Assembly (NCBI GenBank): GCA_964436855.1
Contig: CAYTED010000005.1
Coordinates: forward strand, 2,539-66,538
From: an uncultured Bdellovibrionales bacterium
GTDB lineage: Bacteria > Patescibacteriota > Minisyncoccia > Moranbacterales > UBA1568
Direction: 5' to 3'
DNA: 64,000 nt
Of the stretch, positions 19,223-28,553 are shown one piece after another. Every line of letters starts with the position of its first letter. Position 1 is the first letter of the stretch. The notes under the pieces are model-generated. The model was not told the origin of the DNA, did not search any database, and worked only from the letters and a program-made list of their open reading frames with translations. The position numbers and the translations under genes were made by a program.

Positions 19223-19297
19223 AATGTATACAGCTCAAAATTCAACTTTCAACATTCATTGTAACACAGGCAACTATCTTGTTTTGCGTACAGTTTG

Positions 19298-19326
19298 TTG
19301 ACAATTGAAATTTTTTCTGCTATTCT
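19298..19326 (+). promoter_or_regulatory. Sigma70 promoter facing the 3' end of the pemK-like gene
   Basis: TTGACA(19298)-17 nt-TATTCT(19321); no credible + strand CDS follows. Confidence 0.65.
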
Positions 19327-19332
19327 TTCTTT

Positions 19333-19424
19333 ACAAACGGCTTCGGCCTCGGGATGTCCGAAAGGGCATCTCAGACAAATTCAGTAAAAGCGGTTACCAA
19401 AGCAATGCGGCAACCGCTTTTCTT
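19333..19424 (+). ncRNA. Candidate structured small RNA (putative RNA antitoxin)
   Basis: GGC-UUCG-GCC hairpin; 9-bp GGGAUGUCC-GAAA-GGGCAUCUC hairpin with G.U pairs; terminal AAAAGCGGUU..AACCGCUUUU stem. Ends are inferred. Confidence 0.55.
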
Positions 19425-19786
19425 AATTCTTGAAACTGTTTTTCCGGCAAAACCGCCAATTTCTTTTTCAATCGTTTTACATCAACCAATCGAAGCTGCG
19501 ACAGAATAGCCTGCCGTTCTCGATCGTCACTCAAATCAATGTCGAAATAATATTTCCCCTTTTTTATTTTCGTCGTCAATGGAATCGCCCAGAACACCTC
19601 TTTATTGAATTGTTTCAAAATGATGACCGGTCGCATAAAATCTTCTCCCTTGCCGTCCTGTTCATACCCAACATTAACACCCAAAGCACACCACCATATT
19701 TCACGTTCATTGAAATACACTCTCACTTGAGTGTTCTTATGCAAATTTTCTTTTTTCGTATGCCAGGGCTGAAAATCTTTTTTCAT
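19394..19786 (-). CDS. PemK/MazF-family endoribonuclease toxin, no adjacent protein antitoxin
   Basis: REIWWCALGVNVGYEQDGKG..FMRPVIIL, AIPLTT, AILSQLRLVDVKRL. Confidence 0.85.
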   Translation of the reverse strand: MKKDFQPWHTKKENLHKNTQVRVYFNEREIWWCALGVNVGYEQDGKGEDFMRPVIILKQFNKEVFWAIPLTTKIKKGKYYFDIDLSDDRERQAILSQLRLVDVKRLKKKLAVLPEKQFQELRKAVAALLW

Positions 19787-20049
19787 CTTTCAGTTTGAAC
19801 ATTTTTCCCTCCTTGAAAGATAGGTGTCTTTGACCTTTCACTCTTTTGTTCGTACTTGAGTTCTTTTTCTGTTTGAGCCTTCCGCTCATCGAGACGAACA
19901 ATGGGAGAGTTCGTGACATCTTCTACGATACTTTCCGACTTGCCGACGACATACCATGAAAGGAGTACCGAAAGAAGCCCCACAAGCACAAACGCGAGTC
20001 CGCCGGATATATTTTGGCGAGGATTGAGATTATAGAAAGTCTTTTGCAT
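19783..20049 (-). CDS. Small single-TM hypothetical protein
   Basis: One hydrophobic helix; its stop overlaps the toxin start (ATGA). Confidence 0.65.
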   Translation of the reverse strand: MQKTFYNLNPRQNISGGLAFVLVGLLSVLLSWYVVGKSESIVEDVTNSPIVRLDERKAQTEKELKYEQKSERSKTPIFQGGKNVQTER

Positions 20050-20097
20050 TCTATTTTGTTTATTTTTTATGATTCTTGTTTTCTTCTTTTTAGAATA

Positions 20098-21330
20098 TCA
20101 TTTTTTGTTTTTTAGGATATTCTCCAAAATCTCTTCGTCTTTGCACTCGAACTCATCGTTCGGCGCGTAGAAGTGCGTCGTCGGACCATAACACCCTCCA
20201 TTGTCCCCGTGAAGCCGCGCGAGCACCGGAAGAAGAAATCCGTGCCCGCGAGAAGTAAAATATTCGTACAGATTCTCAAGCGTTTGTTTTCGCTTGCTCC
20301 GATTCATTCGCGAAAACCTCGCCATATCGTCATTTTTCTTTCCGCTCCAATCAAGATGAAGCAATACATTTTTCGCTTTTTTCGCATACCGATCGTTCCA
20401 CAGAAGCGCCCAACACCAATCCCCCTCTTCTTGATACCATCTCGGATGACAAGCATCGTCTTTCGGAAAATCACCGTCATCATTGATACCAACGCCGCCT
20501 TCGATATAGTCAAACAGTCGGAGATACCGCTCATCTTCGATATCGTTCGTCTGCGCGCCAATCACGATTTTCATCCCGAGCCAATCCGCGTATGCGTGCA
20601 TATCGGCGATCACATCGCGCACCCAGTATCGCTTCAGCCCCGCCGACTCTTGGTAGAAAATCTGTCCGAACAAAAACGATTGCACGCCGCGATCCATCGC
20701 TTCGCGGGTAATCGCCCGAAGGTATTTCCGATACTCGCTTTTCTCAAATGACGGCTTGCACGTATGTTCTCCCCAAAAATTATTCGACCCATCCCGACAC
20801 ATTTCACTAAATTCAAAATCCCGATTCTCCTCCTCAAAGGAGTAATCCGCCTTCTTATCAATCGCCTCGGCGATAAACATCCCATAAACGATATCTTTTT
20901 TCTTGATCTGTTTTTTTACCTTGTCAATCTCTTTCCAGTCCGGCGGCTCAAGCCATGTCTCAATCGCGCGATGAAGATAATAACAATCCGATCGATTGAT
21001 ATATTTCGCCATTCGCTCTTCTTTTTTTCCGTATCCGCTTAAAAGTCCATCCGCGATACACCCTTCTTTTTTCATCCGTTCCATATCGGGTGGCGGTGGC
21101 GGCGTCAGAAACGGTCTCTTTTTTTCATTCAATACTTCAATCGGCTTTGGCGGTTCTTTTTTGGGAATCGGCTGCATTTCAGCGAGTGTTTTGTCTGTTT
21201 CTTTCGCAAGATTCCGAACATCGTTCGATACCCACAATACCCACGCCAAAACAATACTTGCCACACCAAGTATGAGCGCTATCGCTCCCCATTTTTGAAC
21301 TTCGATTCTTTGCATACCCGTTTCTTCCAT
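20098..21330 (-). CDS. Membrane-anchored extracytoplasmic protein of unknown function
   Basis: 410-aa ORF: TM helix, Pro-rich linker, then a Cys/Trp/Asp-rich domain. Confidence 0.8.
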   Translation of the reverse strand: MEETGMQRIEVQKWGAIALILGVASIVLAWVLWVSNDVRNLAKETDKTLAEMQPIPKKEPPKPIEVLNEKKRPFLTPPPPPDMERMKKEGCIADGLLSGYGKKEERMAKYINRSDCYYLHRAIETWLEPPDWKEIDKVKKQIKKKDIVYGMFIAEAIDKKADYSFEEENRDFEFSEMCRDGSNNFWGEHTCKPSFEKSEYRKYLRAITREAMDRGVQSFLFGQIFYQESAGLKRYWVRDVIADMHAYADWLGMKIVIGAQTNDIEDERYLRLFDYIEGGVGINDDGDFPKDDACHPRWYQEEGDWCWALLWNDRYAKKAKNVLLHLDWSGKKNDDMARFSRMNRSKRKQTLENLYEYFTSRGHGFLLPVLARLHGDNGGCYGPTTHFYAPNDEFECKDEEILENILKNKK

Positions 21331-21419
21331 TTTACACCCGAATCAATGGTCTCGACAGTTGCGTATATTTATTTCCTTTCGTATAATGAATACAAAGACA
21401 AAAAGAGAAATACAAAACT

Positions 21420-22349
21420 ATGTCATCTCATTCCACCGCTCACCAACCGGAAACCCACGAAGAGTCCGATCGATTACAAAAAGTCCAATCGCTCCGAGAA
21501 ATGATCGCGCACGCCGAACGTACCATGCAAAGCGCCAAGGCGATGCTTCTTCAGCTTGAGGGCAAAAAGAAAACCGGTCGACCGCGAAAGGTCGAATCGG
21601 GCGATGGCTCTGTCATCGAGGGTACCTTCGACGGTCAATTGATGCTCGGTACCGATGGAAAACAGTATCCCGTCCCCGCAAACTACGCCTCGAAGTCAAA
21701 ACTCGTCGAGGGCGATATGCTCAAACTCACCATCACCAGCGATGGAACGTTTCTCTATAAACAAATCGGTCCCACCGATCGCCGGCATCTCCTCGGTGTT
21801 GTTACGCAAGATGAAAAGGGAAATTATTATGTCGTCGCCGAAGGGACGCCGTATCGGATTCTCCTCGCTTCCATCACTTATTTTCGCGCCGAACCGGGCG
21901 ATGAAGTCGCCATCGTTGTCCCCCGGGATCTCCCCTCGCAATGGGCCGCGCTTGAAAGCATCATTCAAAAAAGCCGACATCAGCTCGACGATCTACCGCT
22001 CCCGCGCGTAACCGGCGATCAGGTGTACGGCAGTTGGAAACACGGCCTCCGAGATACGCCGACCGAGGAAATCGATTCCGAACTCTCGTCGAAGAGCGCT
22101 CCAAAAAAACACGATACCAATATGCTCGATGATTGGGTAAAAGATATGGAAGAAATCGAGAAAGCGGTTCAAAAAGACGCCGAAACCACTTCCGATACAC
22201 ACTCTGCGGGAACCGAGACTTCCGCGTCAACATCAAACGATGCCAATGATCAAAACTTCCTTGACCAATGGATCAAGGATATGGAAGTTATCGAGCAGGA
22301 AATTAAGAAAGAAGAGGCTTCCACCAAAGAACCCGCGCAAAGCGAATAA
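21420..22349 (+). CDS. Conserved CPR-type hypothetical protein with acidic repeated tail
   Basis: IEGTFDGQ.M.G.DGKQYPVPANYASKSKLVEGD core; two LD.W.KDME.IE motifs. Confidence 0.8.
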   Translation: MSSHSTAHQPETHEESDRLQKVQSLREMIAHAERTMQSAKAMLLQLEGKKKTGRPRKVESGDGSVIEGTFDGQLMLGTDGKQYPVPANYASKSKLVEGDMLKLTITSDGTFLYKQIGPTDRRHLLGVVTQDEKGNYYVVAEGTPYRILLASITYFRAEPGDEVAIVVPRDLPSQWAALESIIQKSRHQLDDLPLPRVTGDQVYGSWKHGLRDTPTEEIDSELSSKSAPKKHDTNMLDDWVKDMEEIEKAVQKDAETTSDTHSAGTETSASTSNDANDQNFLDQWIKDMEVIEQEIKKEEASTKEPAQSE

Positions 22350-22354
22350 CAATT

Positions 22355-22969
22355 ATGAATACCCTAGCTCTCCGCGATCTTCTTTTTGCCGCAATCAATG
22401 GTGCCTTTATCGGACTTCTCGCTCCGTTTATTTTTCGCAACTTGTTTTCCGGTTCGCTTGCGCACATTCCGGTTATCGCTTTTGTGATCGTGCTCTCGAT
22501 ACTGTCGGCTCTTGGTATTGCCATTGGATACCTTCTCGGAAAATACATTCGATCATTTTTCTATCAACTCTCCAAATTCGGATTGATCGGCGTCGCAAAT
22601 ACCGTCATCGATCTCGGTATTTACAATTTGTTTATCTATTTCAGTGATGTTTCAAGCGGATATCTTATTTCAGTCTTCAAAAGTTTCTCCGTCCTTGCCG
22701 CAATTATCAACAGCTATATCTGGAACAAATTTTGGTCATTCGAGAAAAAAGAAGGGAAAAACATCGGTGAAGAATTTACGCAATTTCTCGCGGTCAGCCT
22801 GATCGGACTTCTCCTTAACGTCGGTATTACTTCACTGGTTGTAAATGTTATCGGCACGCCGGCCAGTATGAACGATAAGGCATGGGCAAATGTCGGCGGC
22901 CTTACCGCCTCGATCCTCGTCCTCACCTGGAATTTTGTGGGGTATAAGTTTTTCGTGTTTAAAAAGTAG
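22355..22969 (+). CDS. GtrA-family membrane protein
   Basis: KFGLIGVANTVIDLG, NSYIWNKFWSF, WNFVGYKFFVF. Confidence 0.9.
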   Translation: MNTLALRDLLFAAINGAFIGLLAPFIFRNLFSGSLAHIPVIAFVIVLSILSALGIAIGYLLGKYIRSFFYQLSKFGLIGVANTVIDLGIYNLFIYFSDVSSGYLISVFKSFSVLAAIINSYIWNKFWSFEKKEGKNIGEEFTQFLAVSLIGLLLNVGITSLVVNVIGTPASMNDKAWANVGGLTASILVLTWNFVGYKFFVFKK

Positions 22970-22991
22970 ATTGATTTTGAGTCATAAAGTC

Positions 22992-23014
22992 AATCCCTCT
23001 TCGGAGGGATTTTT
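22992..23014 (+). terminator. Intrinsic terminator
   Basis: AATCCCTC-TTCG-GAGGGATT followed by T run. Confidence 0.75.
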
Positions 23015-23071
23015 GCTATAATTTGAGCATTGGAATGTGAATTGAAATTCAAAATTATACGTTTATTTCTT

Positions 23072-24682
23072 ATGTCTTTCTACCGAAAATACCGTCCACA
23101 GTTTTTCTCCGAAGTTGTCGGACAGGAATCGATCGTTCGAATCCTCTCCAATAGCCTTCTCTCCGGAAAGCCCGGGCAGGCCTATCTCTTTACCGGACCG
23201 CGCGGTACCGGGAAAACCACTCTCGCTCGACTTTTCGCCAAGGCCGCAAATTGCGCGAAACAAAAAAACGGCGAGGCGTGCGGGACATGCGATCACTGCC
23301 TTGCGATGAACGAAGGACGATCCTTTGATGTCATCGAAATCGATGCCGCATCGAATACCGGCGTCGACAATATCCGCGAACTCCGCGAAACGGTCAAGCT
23401 CCCCCCGACACTCGCCCCCTACAAGGTCTATATCATCGACGAGGCGCATATGCTCTCGATCGGCGCGTGGAATGCACTCTTGAAAACACTTGAAGAGCCT
23501 CCGGCGCACGTTATCTTCATTCTCGCCACCACCAATCCGAAAAAAGTTCCCGAGACTATCATTTCGCGCTGTCAGCGATTCGATCTTACCGGATTTCCGG
23601 TTTCAAAAATCGTCGAAAAATTGAAACGTATCGCGAAAGAAGAAAAACTCAAGATCGAAGATGGCGCCCTTGCCCTCGTTGCGAGTGCGGCACGCGGCGG
23701 AATGCGCGATGCTGAATCGCTCTTCGGTCAGGTTGCCGCGCTCTCCGGCAAAGAAATTACCGCCGAAGAAGTTTCCGCGCTCCTCGGACTCACCAACCGC
23801 GAAACGATTGAAGAGTTTCTCGACACCGTTACCACCCGCGGACTCCTCGATTCACTTTCACTCATTCGAACCTTTCCGGATAAAAATATCTCAACAGTCG
23901 ATTTCCTCGAAGCAACCCTCGAACATCTTCGTCTCGTACTGCTTGCCCACTCCGGAGCGATTGCGGATCATCCGGCATTCAACACTCTCACGAAAGAAGA
24001 ATCTTCTCGACTTTTTGATCGCGCGAAAACACTTTCATTCGATACAATCGTCTCCCTCCTTGAACATTTTCAAACCGCGCTCGAGGAATCCAAACACTCA
24101 TCTCTTCCCGAACTCGCGCTCGAAATCGCCGTCGCAAAACTCTCCTTTCCAATGAAAAATATTTCCCCTTCAGATACGCCTCATGGAAACCCTGTTTCCG
24201 AAAAAGAAAAAAAAGAAATTGCTCCTTCCAAAGAATCATCCCTTTCCACATCAACAAAACAAAGCGAGATCCCGCCTTCTCCTATGCCTTCACAACAAAT
24301 CACAAACACGCAGACTCCTCCTGAAACAGCCCCCTCTATCGACATCGAAACAGTCCGCGCGCGTCTTTCGGAAATCGAACGCGAAGCGCTCCGCTTGAAT
24401 GCCTCTCTCACTCTTGGTCTGACAAACAGCTTTCTCACCAAAATCGAAGGAAAAACCGTTTTCTTCGCGGCAAAGTTCCCTTTTCATCGCGACCAACTTA
24501 TGAAACAAGAGAACCGATTGACGCTTGAGAAAGCCTTTGCTACTATCCTCGGATACGAGCTTTCAGTTACGGTCATCCTTGAAAAAGATCTCGAGCAACC
24601 GAAGAAAAGCGACGCCAGTAATCCCCTCCTCTCCAAAGCGATGGAAATGCTCGGCGGAAAGCTCGTCCCGGAGGGAAATTAG
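23072..24682 (+). CDS. dnaX: DNA polymerase III subunit gamma/tau
   Basis: YRKYRPQ, GPRGTGKTT, Cys Zn motif, EIDAASN, IIDEAHML, SRCQ; start ATG 23072. Confidence 0.97.
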   Translation: MSFYRKYRPQFFSEVVGQESIVRILSNSLLSGKPGQAYLFTGPRGTGKTTLARLFAKAANCAKQKNGEACGTCDHCLAMNEGRSFDVIEIDAASNTGVDNIRELRETVKLPPTLAPYKVYIIDEAHMLSIGAWNALLKTLEEPPAHVIFILATTNPKKVPETIISRCQRFDLTGFPVSKIVEKLKRIAKEEKLKIEDGALALVASAARGGMRDAESLFGQVAALSGKEITAEEVSALLGLTNRETIEEFLDTVTTRGLLDSLSLIRTFPDKNISTVDFLEATLEHLRLVLLAHSGAIADHPAFNTLTKEESSRLFDRAKTLSFDTIVSLLEHFQTALEESKHSSLPELALEIAVAKLSFPMKNISPSDTPHGNPVSEKEKKEIAPSKESSLSTSTKQSEIPPSPMPSQQITNTQTPPETAPSIDIETVRARLSEIEREALRLNASLTLGLTNSFLTKIEGKTVFFAAKFPFHRDQLMKQENRLTLEKAFATILGYELSVTVILEKDLEQPKKSDASNPLLSKAMEMLGGKLVPEGN

Positions 24683-24762
24683 AAGAGATCAATTTAAAGA
24701 ACACAATAAAAAACGAGGCGGATATGCGTGAAGAGTTCTACAAGAAAAACTGAAAAAATTAT

Positions 24763-24837
24763 TGGGGAGTAGCCAAGTGGTAAGGCAGGGGCCTTTGAAG
24801 CCTCCATGCGTAGGTTCGATCCCTACCTCCCCAGCCA
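24763..24837 (+). tRNA. tRNA-Gln (TTG)
   Basis: TGGGGAG/CTCCCCA acceptor stem, AGCCAAGTGGTAAGGC D arm, GGGGC-CTTTGAA-GCCTC anticodon arm, GGTTCGATCC T arm, encoded CCA. Confidence 0.95.
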
Positions 24838-24861
24838 TCTTGCCAAAATTATAGTACGATT

Positions 24862-25554
24862 ATGAACAGCACCGTTCACTTCAAGGCAAGTCAATCTCTT
24901 CGTGAATTTCAAGAAACAATCAAAATTATTTATGGCCTTCCTGATGATCGGATGTACTCTACCGAAGATATTTTGACACAACAACGCTTTGCCATGAGGA
25001 CACTCAAAGGCATTCGAAAGAACGATCCCGAAAAAATAACACTCAATCTCATGATAGCCCTCTCGTGGCTCATGACGCTATCCAACCGATTGCAAATCGA
25101 TACTACAAAAGAAGTATGGAAACGTTTTCCTGGAATCTGCTCCTATTGCGGGGAAAAACCGTGTGTCTGCAAAAAAGTAAAAGTTCTGCAACGGAAAAAA
25201 ATCGATACAAATATTTCCCGAGAGCCGGTCACGATTCAAAAATTTCAAGAAATGTTTGAGACAATCTACCCTTCTTCCAAGAGGACACTAGCCGATGCTG
25301 GAATCCACTTCGCTGAAGAAGTCGGAGAAGTGAGCGAAGCTATTCATAATTATCTCGGACAACACCTCGAAAAACAATTTAATGATATTGAGCTCGAAAT
25401 AGCTGACGAGATATCCTGCATTTTCGGAGTAGCCAATTCAGCTCATATAAATATTGCCGAGGAGCTTGCAGTCATGTTTGCTGATGGATGCCACATCTGT
25501 CATCATGCTCCATGTGAATGTAGCTTCAGTTTTGTCTCACAAATCAAGACATAG
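24862..25554 (+). CDS. Two-domain MazG-like nucleotide pyrophosphohydrolase with Cys clusters
   Basis: HFAEEVGEVSEA and ELEIADEI (MazG acidic motifs); CSYCGEKPCVC and CHICHHAPCEC end the two halves. Confidence 0.75.
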   Translation: MNSTVHFKASQSLREFQETIKIIYGLPDDRMYSTEDILTQQRFAMRTLKGIRKNDPEKITLNLMIALSWLMTLSNRLQIDTTKEVWKRFPGICSYCGEKPCVCKKVKVLQRKKIDTNISREPVTIQKFQEMFETIYPSSKRTLADAGIHFAEEVGEVSEAIHNYLGQHLEKQFNDIELEIADEISCIFGVANSAHINIAEELAVMFADGCHICHHAPCECSFSFVSQIKT

Positions 25555-25655
25555 CAATCTTGATAAAATACAAAAAATTCTCACAAAAATTCTTTCATAA
25601 TCATTTTGCTAGAATAACAGAACTCCATGAGAATGACTCCTTTCAACAAAAAAAT

Positions 25656-25823
25656 ATGCAAAAGAAAATTATTTACGGGATGATGTTTGTCGGTTCAATG
25701 CTCGGAAGCTTTATTCCTCTTCTCTGGGGAGCAAGTACGTTCTCGTTTTCCTCTCTCCTCTTTTCTGGCGCCGGGGCGCTTTTTGGAATATGGTTCGGAT
25801 ATAAACTCGCCAAATCTCTGTAA
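25656..25823 (+). CDS. Small Gly-rich membrane protein (55 aa)
   Basis: MQKKIIYGMMFVGSMLGSFIPLLWG...GIWFGYKL; two hydrophobic segments. Confidence 0.7.
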   Translation: MQKKIIYGMMFVGSMLGSFIPLLWGASTFSFSSLLFSGAGALFGIWFGYKLAKSL

Positions 25824-25830
25824 AAAAAAT

Positions 25831-26196
25831 ATGGACCGAATATTTATCGAAAAATTGCATATCATCGGGCGACACGGCGTACTCAATCATGAACGAACAT
25901 ACGAGCAGAAGTTTCTCGTCGATATTTCCGCGGATTTCGACACACGAAAGAGTTCGGAGTCAGACAAACTCGAAGATACCCTTGATTATGGAAAAATTCG
26001 CGATATCGCCTGTGATGTTTTTCAGACTCAATCCGTCTATCTCATCGAAAAGCTCGCGCATACGATCGCCGGACGTATCCTCGCGGAAGAGAATCGCATC
26101 ACAAGCATCACTCTGACCATTCGCAAGCCATCTATTTTCCCGAGCGGCATTCCCGGCGTTACCATTGTTCGTACTCGAAAGGATTTTTCTCTCTAG
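25831..26196 (+). CDS. folB: Dihydroneopterin aldolase
   Basis: MDRIFIE, GRHGV..HER...Q.F.VD, SDKLEDTLDY, LIEKLA, IRKP. Confidence 0.9.
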   Translation: MDRIFIEKLHIIGRHGVLNHERTYEQKFLVDISADFDTRKSSESDKLEDTLDYGKIRDIACDVFQTQSVYLIEKLAHTIAGRILAEENRITSITLTIRKPSIFPSGIPGVTIVRTRKDFSL

Positions 26197-26255
26197 CACT
26201 CCCTTCAAAAAATGCTTTGCTCTTTTCTTTGTGAGAGCGTAAAATAGAGGAAAAT

Positions 26256-26753
26256 ATGGATTTCTTTCTTGTTTGCATCAATACACTTGGCATGATATTT
26301 GGTGTCGGATCATCGACCTATGCCATCACTTTTTTTCATCAGTCTATCGCTGACGGCGTGATTGATAATACGGAAAAACGCTTTCTTCGTACCGTCTATT
26401 CCCTTCTCCGCGCGGGAATGCTGTTTCTATTCGTCAGTTTCGCTGCGCAAGGCTCTCTCATCGCCACCGGATCGGAATCCGCGATTCTCGTCGGTCGCGA
26501 CACTCTTGCCGTACAAGCAACCCTCCTCATCGCCATTTTCGCAAACGCCCTCCTGATGGATGCTCGAAAAATCCCGATGTGGCTCGGGCCCGCCCTCGCT
26601 GGTGCTTCGTGGTACGGCATTTTCTTTGCCTCCGTCCTTGATATGTATCACTTCCCCTATCCAATGCTCATGCTGTGGTATCTCGTTCTCATTGTCATAT
26701 TCATCATTCTCCTTCGAATAATTCGAGAATATATCATTACAAAAAGAGTATGA
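26256..26753 (+). CDS. Multi-pass membrane hypothetical protein
   Basis: GAGG SD; 4-5 TM segments. Confidence 0.75.
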   Translation: MDFFLVCINTLGMIFGVGSSTYAITFFHQSIADGVIDNTEKRFLRTVYSLLRAGMLFLFVSFAAQGSLIATGSESAILVGRDTLAVQATLLIAIFANALLMDARKIPMWLGPALAGASWYGIFFASVLDMYHFPYPMLMLWYLVLIVIFIILLRIIREYIITKRV

Positions 26754-26950
26754 TCGACCCGGAGCTGCAAATAAAACTCGACGAGCAAAAACAAAAGCTC
26801 GACGCGATTTACGTTTCGGTTGAAAAAACACGGAAATATTTTCTTTGGACACTCGTCGCAACACTCGTTACCTTTGTCCTCCCGCTCATCGCTGTGATCG
26901 CGATCATTCCGTGGTTTCTCTCCACCATGCTCAAATCATATTCTCTCTAA
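26750..26950 (+). CDS. Small membrane protein (66 aa)
   Basis: ATGA overlap with the upstream gene; KLDAIYVSVEKTRKYF followed by a TM helix. Confidence 0.75.
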   Translation: MIDPELQIKLDEQKQKLDAIYVSVEKTRKYFLWTLVATLVTFVLPLIAVIAIIPWFLSTMLKSYSL

Positions 26951-26978
26951 TTCAAAGCGAAAGGCTCTAGGGAGATCC

Positions 26979-28436
26979 TTAGAGCTGTGCAAGATCGAGC
27001 TCTTCGTCGATTCTAATCTGCGCGACGAAGTCGGGAACGTGTGAAACGAGAATCATCGCCCCGGTGTAGTTATTCAGTGCTTCCGCAATCACTGGAATGT
27101 GACGGAAATTGATATGGTTCGTCGGTTCATCGAGAATGAGGAGGCTTGGCTCTTCTGCAACCAGTCGCGCAAAGAGAAGCAATCCTTTCTGTCCCTCTGA
27201 AAGCGTTTCCACTTTGTTTTGCAAGAGTTCCGCTGGGATAAGAAATCGCGCCGCGATTTTGTACACATCTTCTTTGATTCCCTTTTCCATCACTTCTTCG
27301 ATCGCCTCGAAAGCCGTCCGATTGAAATCGAGCGTCGAGAAATCCTGCCGATAATATCCCACTTTTACGCCGGACATAACCTCTACGCGCTCCGGATCGC
27401 CATTCGCAAGCGCTTCAAGAAAGGTTGATTTCCCGATCCCGTTTGGCCCGGAGACAAGCAAATGCATATTTTTCTTCAAAATAAGATCAACCGGCTTCAC
27501 CTTCGGCCCGGCATGATGATCGATCACGGAAACGGTTTTGATATGAACAATCGGACCCACCACGTCGGGCGCGGGAATTGTAAATGACGGAAGGGTCTTA
27601 TCCTCGCGTCGAATATCAACTTTGTTTTCTTCAAGTTCATCCGCGAGATCACGCATACGCTTTGCGACCGCGCGAAGCTTTCCACCCTTGTTCGCAAACA
27701 CATTCGCCTGATCTTTTTTCTCGCGAATGGTTCGCTCGAGACGAACGTTTTCACTTTGTTCTTTCTCGATTCGCCGCTTGATTTCTTCGACCACATCATA
27801 GTAGTCGCCCGTGTACTGCTCGAGCGTATGCGTGTGGACATCGAGATAGAGAACGCCGTGCGTAAAGGCGTTCAAAAAATCCGCGTCGTGCGAAATCACG
27901 AGGACGGTTTTTTCATACTCCATAAGAAACTGCGTCAGGTGCGCGATCCCATCGTAGTCGAGATTATTCGTCGGCTCATCAAGCAAAAGAATATCCGGAT
28001 TTTGTATGAGTGCGGATGCAAGAAGGATGCGCGCCTGCTGCCCGCCGGAAAACTCACTCACCTTCTTTTCCATGGAGGGAAGCGGGAGATTCACCACATT
28101 GAGCACTTCTTTAATTTTTTTTTCGAGTTCCCAGTGCTCACCCTGAAAGTACTTTTCAAAAAAATCTTTTACCGAAAGAATCAGTTCATCGCGCGGAATT
28201 ACTTGGCGACCAATCGCCACGGTCGCGCCGCGATCAATCGATATTCGCCCGCTTTTTGGCTGAAGATCTCCGGTAATAAGTTTGAAGAGAGAGCTTTTCC
28301 CGGCGCCGTTTTGCCCCATAAGTGTCAATTTCGCCCCATTTCGAACCGAAAAACTCACCTCGTCGAGCAGAGGCTTTTTGTGCGCGTATTCGAATGTAAC
28401 GTTTTCAAAACGAAGAACGACACTGTCTTTTGCCAT
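26979..28436 (-). CDS. ABC-F family ribosome-associated ATPase
   Basis: Two ABC domains (GQNGAGKS/FSGGQ/DEPTN; GPNGIGKS/LSEGQ/DEPTN) and no TM segments. Confidence 0.92.
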   Translation of the reverse strand: MAKDSVVLRFENVTFEYAHKKPLLDEVSFSVRNGAKLTLMGQNGAGKSSLFKLITGDLQPKSGRISIDRGATVAIGRQVIPRDELILSVKDFFEKYFQGEHWELEKKIKEVLNVVNLPLPSMEKKVSEFSGGQQARILLASALIQNPDILLLDEPTNNLDYDGIAHLTQFLMEYEKTVLVISHDADFLNAFTHGVLYLDVHTHTLEQYTGDYYDVVEEIKRRIEKEQSENVRLERTIREKKDQANVFANKGGKLRAVAKRMRDLADELEENKVDIRREDKTLPSFTIPAPDVVGPIVHIKTVSVIDHHAGPKVKPVDLILKKNMHLLVSGPNGIGKSTFLEALANGDPERVEVMSGVKVGYYRQDFSTLDFNRTAFEAIEEVMEKGIKEDVYKIAARFLIPAELLQNKVETLSEGQKGLLLFARLVAEEPSLLILDEPTNHINFRHIPVIAEALNNYTGAMILVSHVPDFVAQIRIDEELDLAQL

Positions 28437-28553
28437 AGTTTCATTTCCAATAAAAAAACCGGGAACTTCTCGGTTGCTTTTTATACTAGCATAATTATCC
28501 CAAAAACATCAAGAAAAAAACAGCGACCTCTCCACTGTTTTTTCCTGTTTTTT

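Noticed and set aside
19783-20049. Protein antitoxin for the PemK-like toxin
   Set aside because: The ATGA overlap fits, but the product has a TM helix and no AbrB/RHH-like features. Disfavoured, not experimentally excluded.
24200-24220. dnaX programmed frameshift at GAA AAA AAA GAA
   Set aside because: The position after domain III is plausible, but I saw no stimulatory hairpin or internal SD, and A runs are ubiquitous in this sequence.
24838-28436. Integrated element or prophage at tRNA-Gln
   Set aside because: No integrase, and no duplicated tRNA 3' end found downstream.
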